From: Selaginella moellendorffii
Lineage: Eukaryota > Plantae > Lycopodiophyta
NCBI RefSeq assembly: GCF_000143415.4
Contig: NW_003314264.1
Location: 1,504,733-1,568,732 of the forward strand
Length of the DNA stretch: 64,000 nt
Direction of reading: 5' to 3'
Shown: piece after piece, positions 1-14,714 of the stretch
Position numbering within the stretch: position 1 is the stretch's first letter
Layout of the letters: each line of letters starts with the position of its first letter
Program-made: the position numbers and the translations under genes
The notes under the pieces: model-generated
The model's input: the letters and a program-made list of their open reading frames with translations, nothing else
Told to the model about the DNA's origin: nothing
Databases searched by the model: none

Positions 1-1823
1 GCTCTCTGTTCCTTGGTTGCAAGATTCTCGCAGCTCGGGCCAAGCTTTTGTGATAGAAGTTTGCCAACGTCGTAACCGCTGTTTACTTCACATACTAAAA
101 CCCGATGCATGTTTTCCACTACTTTCTGTAAGCCGGCAGGAAACTGAGAGACCACCGAGCCAATCCCGAACCTTTCTATGTTTCTTATGCAATCCTGGAA
201 GATGCTGCATAAGTCGTCTCGAGAAGCCCGTGAAAAATAGTCGTCTATGCTCTCAGGCAAGCAAGCAAGCGCAAGATCCTCAGAGATTGTCGGTTCAACT
301 TTTAGTGTTTTCACCTCCTCCCTGGTAAGTTCCATCTTTCTGGATTCCTTAAGCATTTTTTCTTCCCCAAGAGCTGTAGTCTTGCTTTCATCTACCTTTA
401 ATGTCTCTTCAGTCTCACAACTGATCATCGCTTCTTCAACGGCTTTCGAAAAACCTTGATAGCCATGTAAAAATTTTCGCCAGACTCTTCCATCCTGCAG
501 GGTGGAGACTAGCGTCAAGAGTTTGTAAACTGAAAAACATACCGGATGGGTAGTATGAACAAGATCAAGTAGATTCTTGTGTTCGGCTTCAGAAAGTTCC
601 TCAATCAACCTGGGACGGTCAATGCATGAGAACCTCGATTGTTAAAAACAACATCTCACTTCAACGCCATTTCTCCTTCTTTTCCAATCTCTTCCAGTTT
701 TTTTCGCTGCTCAATCTCCATTTCTTTCTGAGAGACAAACAAAAACGTAGTAAGGACTGTAAGAACGGAGGGAGATTCTTTCTACCTGGAGTGTTATTTT
801 GTGTTCTTCGATGAAAGCCAGCTCCCTGGTCACATCTTCGTTCTTTTGCTGCCTGCAAGCTTCCTTTCCAATGCGCCTTTCGAGGTCGTTGATCTTGAAT
901 TCTTGCACCAAACTTCTACGTTGCTGTGCTAGAGAAAATACGGGGTCGTCGAGAAGCATTTCATCCGTCAAATCCTTCCCCTCATTCTCGGAAAACTTTA
1001 CAGAATACTTCGTCCGTCTTTCGCATGTGTCAAGCAAAGCTTTCGCTCTCTCCAAGACACGGCTGCCGTCATCCCCCTTGGAGCACGCATAGCTTCCTAT
1101 GTCGAATAAATTCACATTCGACTCTTCGTGAAGTGACTCTTCAAGATCCTTGAATTTTTTATCTCTGGCTTCCAGCCCTTTAAGAACCTGCTCAAACGGA
1201 TCCTTGTTGGGTTGAGCATCAGAAAACTCAAGCCTCGTACCTGCATAGAAACACTGTTAAGAAAATCAGTGCAAAAAACTTCGATACTGGCATAGAAACT
1301 AATGGAAATACCTCATCTAAAGTTTTCCACACATCTAAATTTACCAAAGAACGCTCGTCATTCAAGAAGAGAAAAGGAAACAAAGAGCATTCCATTCACG
1401 GACACATAAAACGAAACTTTCATCTTAAAATGGCCAGGAAAGCGCTCGTAGCTCGAGAAAAACTCACTAAACTGCGCATACCACAGTGATCTTGAATGAA
1501 ACAAGGAGAGCAATCGAAAAAACACCCGCAATCTACACTAGATTCTTATTTGCTTTGTTGAGCATTCCCTTCACGGACACACAAAACGAAAATTTCATCT
1601 CAGAATGACCAGGAAAGCTTTCTTAGCTCCAGAAAACTCACTAAACTTTCACATACGACACAGGGAACTAGTGATCTTGAATAGCTCCAGGAGAGGATCG
1701 AAACAAAGCGATCAATCAAGAGAAAGCACCCGCATTCTACACTAGAATCTTACTTGCTTCGTTGATCACGTCAAGCATAGCTAAATCCCTGTCCCATTCG
1801 TCGTCATCGTCGTCCTCCTCCAT
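1..1823 (-). CDS. Multi-exon gene of unknown function, 3' end beyond window start
   Basis: ATG at 1823 (MEEDDDDDEWDRDLAMLDVINEA) then GTAAG donor; exons near 1240-786, 731-660, 635-543 and 495-1 read open with GT-AG borders; no family recognised. Confidence 0.6.
1385..1765. repeat. Two-copy degenerate tandem repeat (~180-200 bp) in intron 1 of the first gene
   Basis: gagcattccattcacggacacataaaacgaaa...ctacactagattcttatttgc (1385-1560) recurs as gagcattcccttcacggacacacaaaacgaaa...ctacactagaatcttacttgc (1560-1765). Confidence 0.85.
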
Positions 1824-1921
1824 AGCTCCTGCCCTAAAAGCTTTGAAAAAGTGCCTACGTGGCGGTTACATTCAAACGAGCTCTAGTGATTTAGGGTTCT
1901 TCTTCTTCTAGTGCCAGAGCA

Positions 1922-4900
1922 ATGAAGGAGCGTCGAGTGACAAATCGAGGCGCTCCGGCAGCTCCAGCTGCTGCTGCTGCGTCCCGGCGGAGAAAGAAGC
2001 CGGCATTTGATCCATCCGGCGGCTTCTTCTCTGGCGTCCGCATTGGAGCTGTCGCAGCATTCGCGATTTTTGTTCTCACTGCGATCACTCTCGTCGTTCT
2101 TCTCTCTGCTCTCTATCCTCGCGAAACTCCGAGATCCATCACGCCGGTGGCGCTTCCAAAGATCATGGATTTGCCTCAGGTAGGCATGAATTTCCACAGG
2201 TTTTTGCCTCAAATATTTATTTTCAATGAAGTTTCAAGGCGAGCACAAGGAGCGACTCTACTGGGGAACCTATAGACCGCATTTGTATCTTGGAATTCGA
2301 TCCAGGTAGAAATTCTCAGCTCTAAGTTTGATTGCTTTTCACGATGAACTTATAACATACTAGAACACCAAAATCATTGTTAGCTGGACTCATGTGGCTT
2401 GGTATCAAGGATGGATACTACGCTCTTCGTCACACCTGTGAAGACTCTGATGGACTTAAACGTTATGGTTGGGTTCGACACGATGGGATCTCTTATGGTC
2501 GCCAGGTATGCTGATTGTTATTGAGGCTTCTCTTGTTCTAACTATCTATTCAGGTGATTCTAGATCAAAATATGAATATCACCACTTTTTTCTCTAAGAG
2601 TTGGAATGACGGAAGTGGCTATGGAGGTGATTGGTCTGTCCGCGTGAATCTTCATCACAGCAGGTTTTGGTTTTTTCTAAAGAAAACCAGTTCTCATGCA
2701 GAGACTCGTTGTTCTGCAGTGAAATAAGTCGACTTCCGAATGGAGAGTCGTCTCTTTACTTTTACATTGCGGAGGAGGAAGGCAGCCAAATAAGAATATC
2801 GAGAAATGACGCATCTGGACTAGCTGCTTCGGGGCATAGACATGATATTGGACACTGGCAGATTCACATCAGTGCCGAGGTAGTCTTTTCTTTTCGTTTA
2901 TATCATTCGTCTTTATGCTCTTCGCGCAGAACAATACTTTTTTTCATTACGCTGGGTTCCGGACGGGAAACATGCACAATATAACACAGCTTGTCCAAAA
3001 TTCATTAATCGTTCAGGTTTTTCGTCATTTTTTTCTTTTTTCTTTTCCTCAAACACTCGCGCAGGAGCGTAAATTGCAACTACCTGATACTTATGAAAAA
3101 TCTTCAAATATAGTAGTTTTTCAGGTACGTAGTGTATGCATCCTCTATAAGTTCTCTGATTCCTCTATGATACTTTCAAGGTTTTAGGCCGCAACCATCT
3201 TCAGCTAGATGTGACTTTTCTAGCTGGTGTCGACGAGAAAAAGTTCTCGGTACAGTCTCGTCTTGACCGTTTATCTGGTGGGCAAACACTTTAATTTCTT
3301 CTCGCTACCTGTTCTTATACTGAATTTTAAAGGGATTCGATTGGATGAAACGTTAAGAGTGCAAGAGCAAATTTTTGATAAGCGTTTTGAGAACGCGTAC
3401 AAGCTGGATAACGAAGAGGTACTGGTAGTGATAAGAGCTGGAATACACAATCTTATGCTTCCTTTACATAGCTTTCTAGCTTTGGTGCTACCAACGCAGT
3501 GGAAATTGGCAAGGCTGCCCTCAGTAATCTTTTGGGAGGAATCAGCTACTTCTACGGCCAATCGCTTATTTCCATACCTTCAAAAGAGCAGGTACACGCT
3601 TCTTTCTCCATGTTTATTATCTAATACAACACATTTTAGAAACACCACCGAGAAAGTTTTTGGAAGTACTGGCCAGCTGCATTGTATAGTGCTGTTCCAT
3701 GCCGCTCTTTCTTCCCTCGAGGTTTTTTGTGGGATGAAGGCTTTCATCAAATAATAATAAGGTACATTGATACAGCCCATGCAAGAAATAATCTTTTTTC
3801 TGAAAGCAGTAGATGGGACCGAAACCTGACATACGATATCGTTGGGCACTGGTTAGACTTACTTAACGTCGACGGCTGGATTCCAAGGGAGCAGATTCTA
3901 GGAGAAGAAGCCCGAGTGTACTCCCTGTTTTGAGACGTTTCAAAGTGCTAACTGTTTACCTTGCAGAAGGGTTCCCGATGAGTATATTTTACAGCACACG
4001 GATAACGCGAACCCTCCAACGTTGTTTTTGCCATTGCATGGTCTGAAAGCTTGTTATCTCTTTTGTGACTTCTTTCTCTGCCCTGCTGCAGATATTGCAT
4101 TAGCATCACTAGAAAGTGGAAAAGAAAATAACGCTGAGAGGGCCTTCTTGGAAAAATCCTTCCCAAGGCTACAAGCGTGGTTTGGGTGGTTCAATAGAAC
4201 GCAAGCAGGTCTGTGTACTGTAATCTTCATTGAAGTTGAAGCTTCTTGTTGCGAACAGGTACATTTCCTGGGACTTACTATTGGCATGGAAGAAGTATTA
4301 CCGATAAGGAATTAAATGCCAAGGTAGGCACGTTTCATTCTGTGATTAACGCTCTAGACACCGGCTTCGTTAGAGTTTGTCGTCTGGTTTGGATGACTAT
4401 CCACGGGCTTCACATCCAAGTGCTGATGAGCGACACGTTGATTTACGTTGCTGGATGGCCTTGGCAGCGAAATCTATGGTTATGATTGCCAAAATCATCG
4501 GAGCACCACATGAAGTAAGGAAAAACTGGCACAGCATGGCTCGCAGTAACGATTTACTTTTTCAGAAATACGAGGCTATGTCACAGGTTTTGTCAGACTT
4601 TGATGTTCTTAACCAGGTCAGTGTCGATCTGTCCTCATGACCGAACTCACTCTATTGTTCTTAGCTCCACTACGATCGCAAGAGAGGACGTTACTACGAT
4701 TACGGCAATCATACTGAAAAAGTATCACGATAAGATCTCGATGATTTCAGCTCATTCTGTCCTCGACACAGGTGAAGCTGGAATGGGACAACTTCTTCGA
4801 CCCAAGAACCGGACAAGTACAGCAAGTTCTCCGCAGAGTCGTATCTGGACGTCCAAAGTTGCAGCTGGTTCCACAATTTGGCTACGTGAGCCTCTTCCCC

Positions 4901-5567
4901 TTTATAGTGAAACTTATTCCCGCGGTAAGCTCTTCGTCTATACTGTGTCATACAAGTCCTAACGATTGGTTCTCAAAAGGACTCGCAAATCTTGGAAGCA
5001 CACCTCAACCTTATCCAGAGCGAAAAGCTCCTCTGGACGAGCTTCGGATTGCGCTCGTTAGCAACAACAAGGTAGCGATTTCTACGTTTTTGTTGGAACA
5101 TTTCATCGACTCTTTCTTTGTTTCCAGCTCTATTTATAACAGACGTAACACCGAGCATGACGCTCCTTACTGGAGGGGCCCTGTATGGATCAACATGAAC
5201 TATCTCGTCCTTTCATCCCTTCACTACTACTCGCAAGGTAACGCGTGTGACTTTTGGCTGCAAGCGTTTGTTCCATCCACTGTGTGTGTGTGTTTTTAGA
5301 GCCAGGCCCATACAAAGACGCTGCTGCCTCTGTCTACAAACAGCTTCGTGCCAATCTGATAAGGTCGGCATCAAAGACAAAATGTGTTGGTTGATTGATT
5401 GATTGCTGTTGTTTGGGCACAGCAACGTTGCACGGCGCTACAACGAAATGGGATACATCTTTGAGCAGTATGATCATACAAAAGAAGGCGAAGGTAAAGG
5501 AGCCAGGCCGTTTACCGGTTGGAGCTCCTTGATACTACTGATCATGGCAGAGCAGTACCAACGCTAG
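1922..5567 (+). CDS. GCS1: Mannosyl-oligosaccharide glucosidase I (GH63), many exons
   Basis: N-terminal type II TM segment; motifs [61 protein letters not shown]; TAG 5565-5567. Confidence 0.95.
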
Positions 5568-5684
5568 AACGAGGCGTCCACACTGCTCTCACAAGTTAGT
5601 ATGTGGTAAAAACGTTGGATACTAACTTACTTTAATCGGTCAATCGTCAAGTGTTTACCAGAGGAATTCTTCCCAGACAAGGCA

Positions 5685-7171
<1,487 letters not shown>

Positions 7172-7596
7172 CCCGGAACTAAAACCCCCCCAAGTTAAAA
7201 TCAAATTAAACCTCATCTTCGCGGTCCCAGCCGTTGGATCCCACCGACGGCCGCGATCGCTTCTAGGGCTTTTCCATTTTGCGAGGGAGATCCCATTTGT
7301 TACATCGACGTGGCCCAAAGGTCACGGCCAGGGTTCCAATTATTTCTCCCTCTCATTCCCAGCGCGGGGGGATCCAAGAACAGCGCTAGGGCTAGCAGTA
7401 GATCGATCGCGCCACGGCTCCTGGAAGAAATCGCGGCCTAGAATCACAGCAGCAGCACGGTGAGTTCTTCTCCTTCTTCCTCCTCCCCCTCTTCCGGGAT
7501 TTCTTGGAGAATCACAGTAGATTTTCAAGGCCAGGGCCGCCCCAGCAAGTGCGCCCGGGACGAGCCGCCACAATGCGGGTCTGTCTCGTAGAGCAA

Positions 7597-7881
7597 ATGG
7601 CTAACAGTCAGGAAAGGAGTTGTGTAGCCAATCTGGAGAGTCCTAAGGGAAGAAGCAGCGACCGTGTGGGTCGTGCCAAGAAGCCGCCCTGGGATCGTGA
7701 TGTTCACGCTCCTCGTCTCTTCTCAGACATTGAGAACTATAAAGGAAAGCCATCTTCGCCATCGCCAGTGAGGCGCCTGGAAAGATTGGTGCGTCGGGTC
7801 TCTTACTGCCCCAAATACCCCCAGCCAGATACACCACACTTACACACTTATGTGGTCATTCGGCACTTCGCTGATTCCTAA
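7597..7881 (+). CDS. 94-codon ORF upstream of sHSP (candidate uORF or small gene)
   Basis: ATG 7597 just after an AG acceptor at 7591; TAA 7879-7881 immediately followed by GTAAG donor; no family recognised. Confidence 0.35.
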   Translation: MANSQERSCVANLESPKGRSSDRVGRAKKPPWDRDVHAPRLFSDIENYKGKPSSPSPVRRLERLVRRVSYCPKYPQPDTPHLHTYVVIRHFADS

Positions 7882-8047
7882 GTAAGCTGGATTTTTCTTC
7901 ACTTTTTTTTTTCTTCTTCTTCTTCGTCTTCTTCCGTTTTGTTCTTCTTGTTCTTCATTGCAACTGTTTGGTCAACTGTTTCCTTGTTTTGCTTTTCCTT
8001 TTATCATCTTCTAGTTTCTAATAGACTGTCGTTTCCAGGATTAAACC

Positions 8048-8511
8048 ATGACGAGCACTTGTGTAGATGTAAAGGAGCTTCCTAATTCTTACATCTTTGT
8101 GGCCGACGTCCCCGGCCTGAAGAACACGGACGTGAAGGTACGAGCGCTCTCATCCAAGTCATGCATAAAGTTTTAACACGAAACTCTCGCTCAATCACCC
8201 AACAAACAGAGGATGAGCGTGGGTGCTACTTGCAGGTACAAGTTGAGAACGATAGTATTCTAAAGATCAGCGGAGAACGGAAACGAGATGACAATCCCAA
8301 CCATGACATAAAATATGTTAGAGTTGAACGCTCGTCCGGCAAATTCATGCGAAAGTTTAACCTTCCGGCCAACGCCAATCTGGAAACCATCTCGGCTACT
8401 TGTCTCGACGGCCTTCTCACTGTTGTTGTGCCAAAGATCCCAGCGCCAGAGAGCCACAGGCCAAAGACTTTTGATATTGCAGTTGCCAACATCAACTTCG
8501 TCTACAAGTGA
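8048..8511 (+). CDS. Small heat-shock protein (HSP20, cytosolic class II/III-like), one intron 8138-8235
   Basis: MTSTCVDVKELPNSYIFVADVPGL|KVQVENDSILKISGERKR...VERSSGKFMRKFNLP...DGLLTVVVPK alpha-crystallin domain. Confidence 0.9.
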
Positions 8512-9167
8512 TGAGCTCGCAATCGTTCTTGTTACTTGGCGGTGGTCGTGGAGGCAGAAGTTTTCTGGTCTTTTCATTTGCTTTTTTCTTTCCTCGGTGG
8601 ATAGCTACTTGAGTAAGAATTTTAATTTGGCTTTGCATTGTGAGACTGACTTCTCTGTTTTAAACAAGGGAGAATTTGATCCATGGAACTTAAAACCAAA
8701 AGAATCAACGAGCGTCCTGTTTTGGATGTTCCGGGATGTTTCATCAGAGAACGAATAAGAACCTCAGAGGTTGTCAACAAATTGAGTGGAAAAGTCGAGC
8801 TTTATCGATGTAGCGCATGGTAGTGGTGGCGGTGGTGGTGGTCGCGCTGATCGATAGCTAAACCATGGTGGCCATGTTTTGGTGGGGGGGACTAGCGGTA
8901 ACTTTCTTCGGTAAAGCATATAAAAGGGGAGGCAGGAAGGGGAAAGGTCTTCTCTGTGGGTCATTAAACACGTGTAAGGTACGTGTTGAGGACTGCAGCG
9001 ATGTTACTGTTAGCGACCTTTTCGTGGCACATCTCTTCTTTCAGGTAGCGACATAGGGACCGAAGTTTGCTGCCGATCCAAGTTCGTCGACTACTGTGTG
9101 ATCTCTCACATCTGGTGAGTGCTTCCTTTGCTTCGAAAGATCGTGGTGGGGCTTTGGGTTTCCAGGA

Positions 9168-12055
9168 ATGGCACAGATTTTGCTCCATGGAACACTTCAC
9201 ATCACGGTCTATGAGGCCGCATCATTGGTGAACGAGAATCGGGTCTCTGGAGCCTCTCCCAAGTTCATGAGAAAAGTAAGTCCTAGGCAGGAAGTTTTGT
9301 AGCTTGTTAGAAGAACTTTACTCTTGGTACTCGATTCTTACTGCATTTCTAGTTGTAGTGGAAGTTTCTCAAGTTTGCTCACTCTATTTGTATTTTCTTT
9401 TTTTTTCTAGATGGTCGAAGGAGTGGAGGACTCCATTGGTATTGGTAAAGGCGTGAGCTCTCTCTATGCAACCATCGACCTCGAGAGGCAGCGAGTGGGA
9501 CGCACTCGCCTCATCCGCAAGGAGCCTACTAAGCCTGTGTGGAACGAGTCCTTCCACATCCAGTGCGCGCACAACATTGCCAACGTCGTTGTGAGCGTCA
9601 AAGATGACCTGGCCGTCAGCGCCTTCCTCCTCGGCCGAGCGAAAGTCCCCGTGAAGCGTATCATGTATGGCGAGCTTGTTGAAGGCTGGTTCGAGCTCTA
9701 CAACGACAGCGGCAAAAAACTCGGCAACTCTCGAGTCCGCCTCCGTCTCCAGTTCTTCGACATCACCAGAGATCCTCGCTGGGGACGCGGCCTCGTCGAT
9801 GGAACGAAGTTCCCTGGTGTTCCATTCACGTACTTCCCGCAACGCAAAGGCTGCAAGGTCACGCTCTACCAGGACGCTCATATGACTGACAACTTTCTTC
9901 CGAAGATCTATCTCCACGGCAACGCTGTCCGGGAGCCGACTCGCTGCTGGGAGGACGTGTACGAGGCCATCGCAAATGCTCAGCACTTTATCTACATCAC
10001 CGGCTGGTCGGTCTACGCGGAGATAACGCTCATCCGAGACTCGGCCAGGCCCGTCCACGGCGGTCTCAACGTTAAGCTCGGGGACCTCCTCAAGAAGAAG
10101 GCTGACCAAGGCGTAAGAGTTTTGATGCTCGTCTGGGACGACCGGACGTCCATGTCGGTGGTGAAGATGGAGGGACTTATGGCGACTCACGATCAGGAAA
10201 CTCTGAACTTCTTCTACGGTTCCAAAGTCAAGTGCCTGCTCTGCCCGAGAACTCCCGACAGCGGCCTGAGCTACGTCAAAGGTTTCCAGATCGGGACTAT
10301 GTTCACTCACCACCAGAAGACGATCATCGTCGACGCCCCGGGAAGAAGCCACCAGCAGCGGCGAGTCTTGAGCTTCGTTGGTGGACTGGATCTCTGCGAC
10401 GGCCGCTACGACACGCAGTTTCACTCCTTGTTCCGGACACTCGGGACTGTTCACAAGGAGGACTTCCACCAGCCAAACTACGCGGGAGCTTCCATCGACA
10501 AAGGTGGCCCGCGCGAGCCATGGCACGACATCCACTCCAAGCTCGAGGGGCCCGTGGCTTGGGACGTTCTCCGCAACTTTGAACAGCGGTGGCACAAGCA
10601 GGGTGACGGCAACCAGCACCTCGTCTCGCTCGGGAACCTGGAGCCGCAATCATCTCTAGTCGCGGACGAGCACGACGAGAACACCTGGAACGTCCAGCTC
10701 TTCCGCTCCATCGACGGGGGAGCAGCGGCAGACTTTCCAGAGAGTCCGGAAGCAGCAGCAGCAGCGGGGCTCGTCAGTGGAAAAGACTCGACGATCGACC
10801 GCAGCATCCAGGACGCCTACATCCACGCCATCCGGCGAGCGAAGGACTACATCTACATCGAGAACCAGTACTTCCTCGGCAGCTCGTTTGCCTGGGAGTC
10901 GGACCACGACGCGGAGGCTCATCACGTAATTCCTCGCGAGCTGGCGCTCAAGATCGTGAGCAAGATCGAGGCTGGCGAGCGCTTCTCCGTCTACGTCGTG
11001 CTTCCGATGTGGCCCGAGGGAGTCCCCGAGAGCGGCCAGGTGCTGGCCATCCTCGACTGGCAGAAGAAGACGATGCAGATGATGTACAAGGCCATAGCTC
11101 AAGCTCTCGACGCACAGGGGATCCGCGGCGTGTCCCCCCGCGACTACCTGGCCTTCTACTGCCTCGGCAACCGGGAACGCCGCCTCGGTGGAGAGTTTCT
11201 ACCGCTGAGCACTCCCGACGCGAACTCGGCTGGCTACCGGAGCGCTCAGGAGAATCGCCGGTTTATGATCTACGTCCACTCCAAGATGATGATAGGTACT
11301 CTCTCTCTCTCTCTCACGCATTCTTTGCTTTGATCGCATGGTTTTACTTCCTTTCCTCGATGCTTCTCTTCTTCCAGTTTGAGTTACTCTCGCTGGCATT
11401 TCTTCCTTTCTTTCCTTCTTCCAGTTTTAGTTTACTCTCACTTCCTTTGATCGCTCTTCCTCACTCTTTTGATCTCATGGTTTTCCTTTCCTCGACGCTT
11501 TTCTTTAGTTTACTCTCATTCACATTCTTTCCTTTGATCGCTTGGTTTGCTTCCTTTCCTCTATGCTTTTCTCCTATCATACTGGTTTCGTGATATCTCA
11601 CTGGAAAAAACTCGTTTTTTTTTCTCCTTGTAGTGGACGACGAGTACATAATCGTTGGATCCGCCAACATCAACCAGCGATCAATGGACGGGGGGCGCGA
11701 CACGGAGATCGCCATGGGCGCGTACCAGCCGCTCCGTACGTGGCCCACGCGCGGCCAGATCCACGGCTTTCGTATGTCCCTGTGGTACGAACACATGGGC
11801 CAGCTGGACGACCTCTTCCTCCGCCCTTCCAGCCTGGAATGCATGCGCAAGGTCAATCGGACGGCCGACCAGCTCTGGCACATGTACGCCGCTGATGAGA
11901 TGGTGGATCTGCCCGGCCATCTCCTCGCCTATCCCGTCGGAATCGCCAGCGACGGTTCCGTGGCGGAATTGCCAGGGTGTGCCAAGTTCCTCGACACCGA
12001 CGCTAAGATCCTGGGCGTCAAGTCCGACGTTCTGCCGCCAATCCTTACCACTTGA
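9168..12055 (+). CDS. PLDalpha: Phospholipase D alpha (C2-PLD), 3 coding exons
   Basis: [12 protein letters not shown]2 start; HKD motifs HHQKTIIVD and YVHSKMMI|VDDEY; IYIENQYF; C-terminal LPPILTT. Confidence 0.97.
11298..11580. repeat. CT microsatellite plus degenerate pyrimidine-rich tandem repeats in PLD intron
   Basis: (CT)n near 11299-11314; unit tgatcgcatggtttt...cctttcctcgatgctt recurs about 3 times. Confidence 0.6.
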
Positions 12056-12191
12056 CACAGACCATCATTCGCAATAATGCCTGTATCATATCAAACCTTT
12101 GTTCCAACTTTATAAGAATTTGAGCCATGGTCAGTAAAATAAGACTATTACAAATTTGACAGTGAAATTTTTTCTTTCTACACAATCACGA

Positions 12192-14714
12192 TCACGACTC
12201 GGCCATCACCTCGTCTCGTTGAGCCTTCTCGCTACTCTCCTGGCTTTTCTTCTCGCCATCAATCTCTCCCTCGGCTGCTACGTCCGGCTTTGCTGCTGCC
12301 GGTGGCTCCTCCTTCTCTACTTCTTTCGCTGCCTCGGCTCCATCTTCCTTCTTCTCCTGCGCCGCTGGCTCCCCCGCGTCCACCATCTCGGTGTCTCCAT
12401 CGCTCTTCTTGGTCGCCGCCTTGGCTTGGGACTTCTCCTCCTCGGCCTTGGCAGCCACGTTCTCTTTCTCGCCGGGCTTTGCCTTGTCCTTGTCGACCTC
12501 GTCGTCGGTGTCGGGGAGCTTTCTCAACTCCTCCCGTATCAGAGCCTTCGCCCGGGATTTCATGGTTCCGTCCGTGCAGTCGATGTTTAACCTTTCGCCT
12601 GTGACGTTAAACGGTGTCAGCATCTCTCTTTCAAAACCGTATGAAGCTAAGCTAGATCGCTTACCAAGTTTCTTGATGATAACAGTGAAAGAAGCCTGCA
12701 GATCGCAAACAAGAGAGGATGAAGTGAGACGCAAGCCTTCTTAATAACCAGCAACAGCCATACCTTCTTGAGGTCGAGAGTTTGGAGTAGGTCCTTGACA
12801 TGAGTCCGAATCTCCTCGTCCTTCGAATGGTTGGACTGAGCTTCATCGCCTCCCTCTGGAACCATCAATACAAATGGTTAGAAATGCAGCTACGGAATAC
12901 CACTGATCGCCCAGCCAACCTTTGTCGGTCGATTTCTCTTTGCCCTTCGTGGACTTCTTCGCTGACTTGGCCGGAGTCTTTTCCTTCTTCTTGGTTTTCT
13001 CCTTCTCGGTCTCCTTTTTCTTCCTGGTAAAAACTTTCGTATCCGTCTTCTGCTTCTTAGGTGGCGGCCTTTCGCCAGAGTCAGCTTCTGTATCGTCAGC
13101 GGACTCGCTCGCATCTCCTTCTTCATCTGACGTTTTCTTTTGCTCGATCTCGTCGTCGTCATCAGATTCCTCCTCGTCGTCCTCTTCCACCACCTGCTTT
13201 CTTTTTCTGCCGCTGCGTTTTGGTGGCTCGTCTGAGTCCTGCTTCTGCACATGATCATAAAGTGAGATTTATGCAAGTTGCCAGCACAAATACTACCTTA
13301 GGCCTTCCCGGACTTTTCCCCTTGCGTTTCTTTTCAGCCTGGAAAAAATAATACAGTAAAATGCATCTGTGGCAAAGCTACAAATACCTGCTCTTTTTCT
13401 GTGTCTTCCAATTTTATATCTGTTGTCGCGTGTGGAGCTGCTAGGAACTCGAAGACCTTCGCAACCAAGTCCTCCTACATTTGAAAGGTCATTAGTATCA
13501 GAAGCACAAGCTCGCTGCTATCAACAAACCTTTTTCCCCTTCATATTCAAATCCAAGATATCTATAAGCTCGTTTAGCTCGTCCTTATGGCACTTTTCAA
13601 GCCGCTCCCTCGCTTTAATCTGGTCCTTTTCCTGATTTATTTTGGCAACAGCCAGTCAAAACCACCACGAGCGCAGTAAAATAATACCTTCTCTCCCCAA
13701 CAATGGCCCGAAAACTGGAGAAGATTTTGCTTGACAGTAGCCGCCTGCGAGCAAAGACATCAGAAAAGAACAAACAATAAATGATGCGGTTACCTTAGAC
13801 CGCTGAGCGAAGAAGACGTAGTGGAGAGTCTTCAATACAGGATCGTTCTTGTTAATTTTACTTAGTTTGTAAGCCACTGCATCACCGAAAAGCAAACGAG
13901 CGGGTAAGCATCAGGCGACAGCGAAAGGAATAACGCAGATATACCATTCGGGATTTCTTTCAGAGGAGTGCCGCCTCCCTGCCAACGTGCTTCCGACTTA
14001 GTCACGCAGCCGAAAGAAACACAAGCGATAAAGAAGAAGATGTACCTTTCTGATATAAACGTCCTTCGACTTTGGCATATCCAGAGATCCTGCTCCAAAC
14101 CTCTCAATCGATTTCTTCTCCCGTGAAGGCCTGTCAATCGGAGGCGAGAACTCGGCTTTCTTCCTTCCCCGCTTGGACTTGGGTGTTTCCTCGGACCCCT
14201 CACCTTTCTCAGGCTTCTCGGTCGGAGTCGAGGGTGTGGCCTCTTCCTTCTCCTTGGCCTTGCTGCTATCTTTCCTGGGCCGTCCCCTCTTCTTTGGTTG
14301 CGGCTTGGACGCCTCAGCCTCGCCGTTCTCGGCATCCTCTTCGGCCTTTTCATCCTTCTCCTCAACACCTTCCATGGCCGTGGCATCACCACTCTCACCC
14401 TCTTTCTCCTTCTCTTTCTCCTTCTCATCTTCCTTCTCGTCGCTCTCGGCTTTCTTGTCCTCCTCCTCCTCGGCGGCCTTGGCCTTACTATCACCGTCCG
14501 CTCCTTCCTTCTCTTGGCCCGACTTACCTGGAGCTTCTTCCGGTGGCGCCGGAGCGGCTTCTTGGGTCTGGACGCCCTGGATAGACTCCTCGCCCTTCAC
14601 CTCCTCCTCGCTCTTCTTCTCCGTCAAATCTTTCGCTTCCTTGGCGGGCGCTAGATTCTCTTCGGCCGCCGCCGCCGCCGCCACGGGCGCAGCGTCGCCT
14701 TCCTCCGTCGCCAT
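12192..14714 (-). CDS. DEK: DEK-domain chromatin-associated protein
   Basis: E/K-rich N-terminus, DRPSREKKSIERF, GGGTPLKEIPN|VAYKLSK, C-terminal DEK_C (EEIRTHVKDLLQTLDLKK|ASFTVIIKKL...KALIREEL). Confidence 0.9.

Noticed and set aside
9384-10649. 421-aa minus-strand ORF
   Set aside because: Antisense shadow of PLD-alpha exon 2
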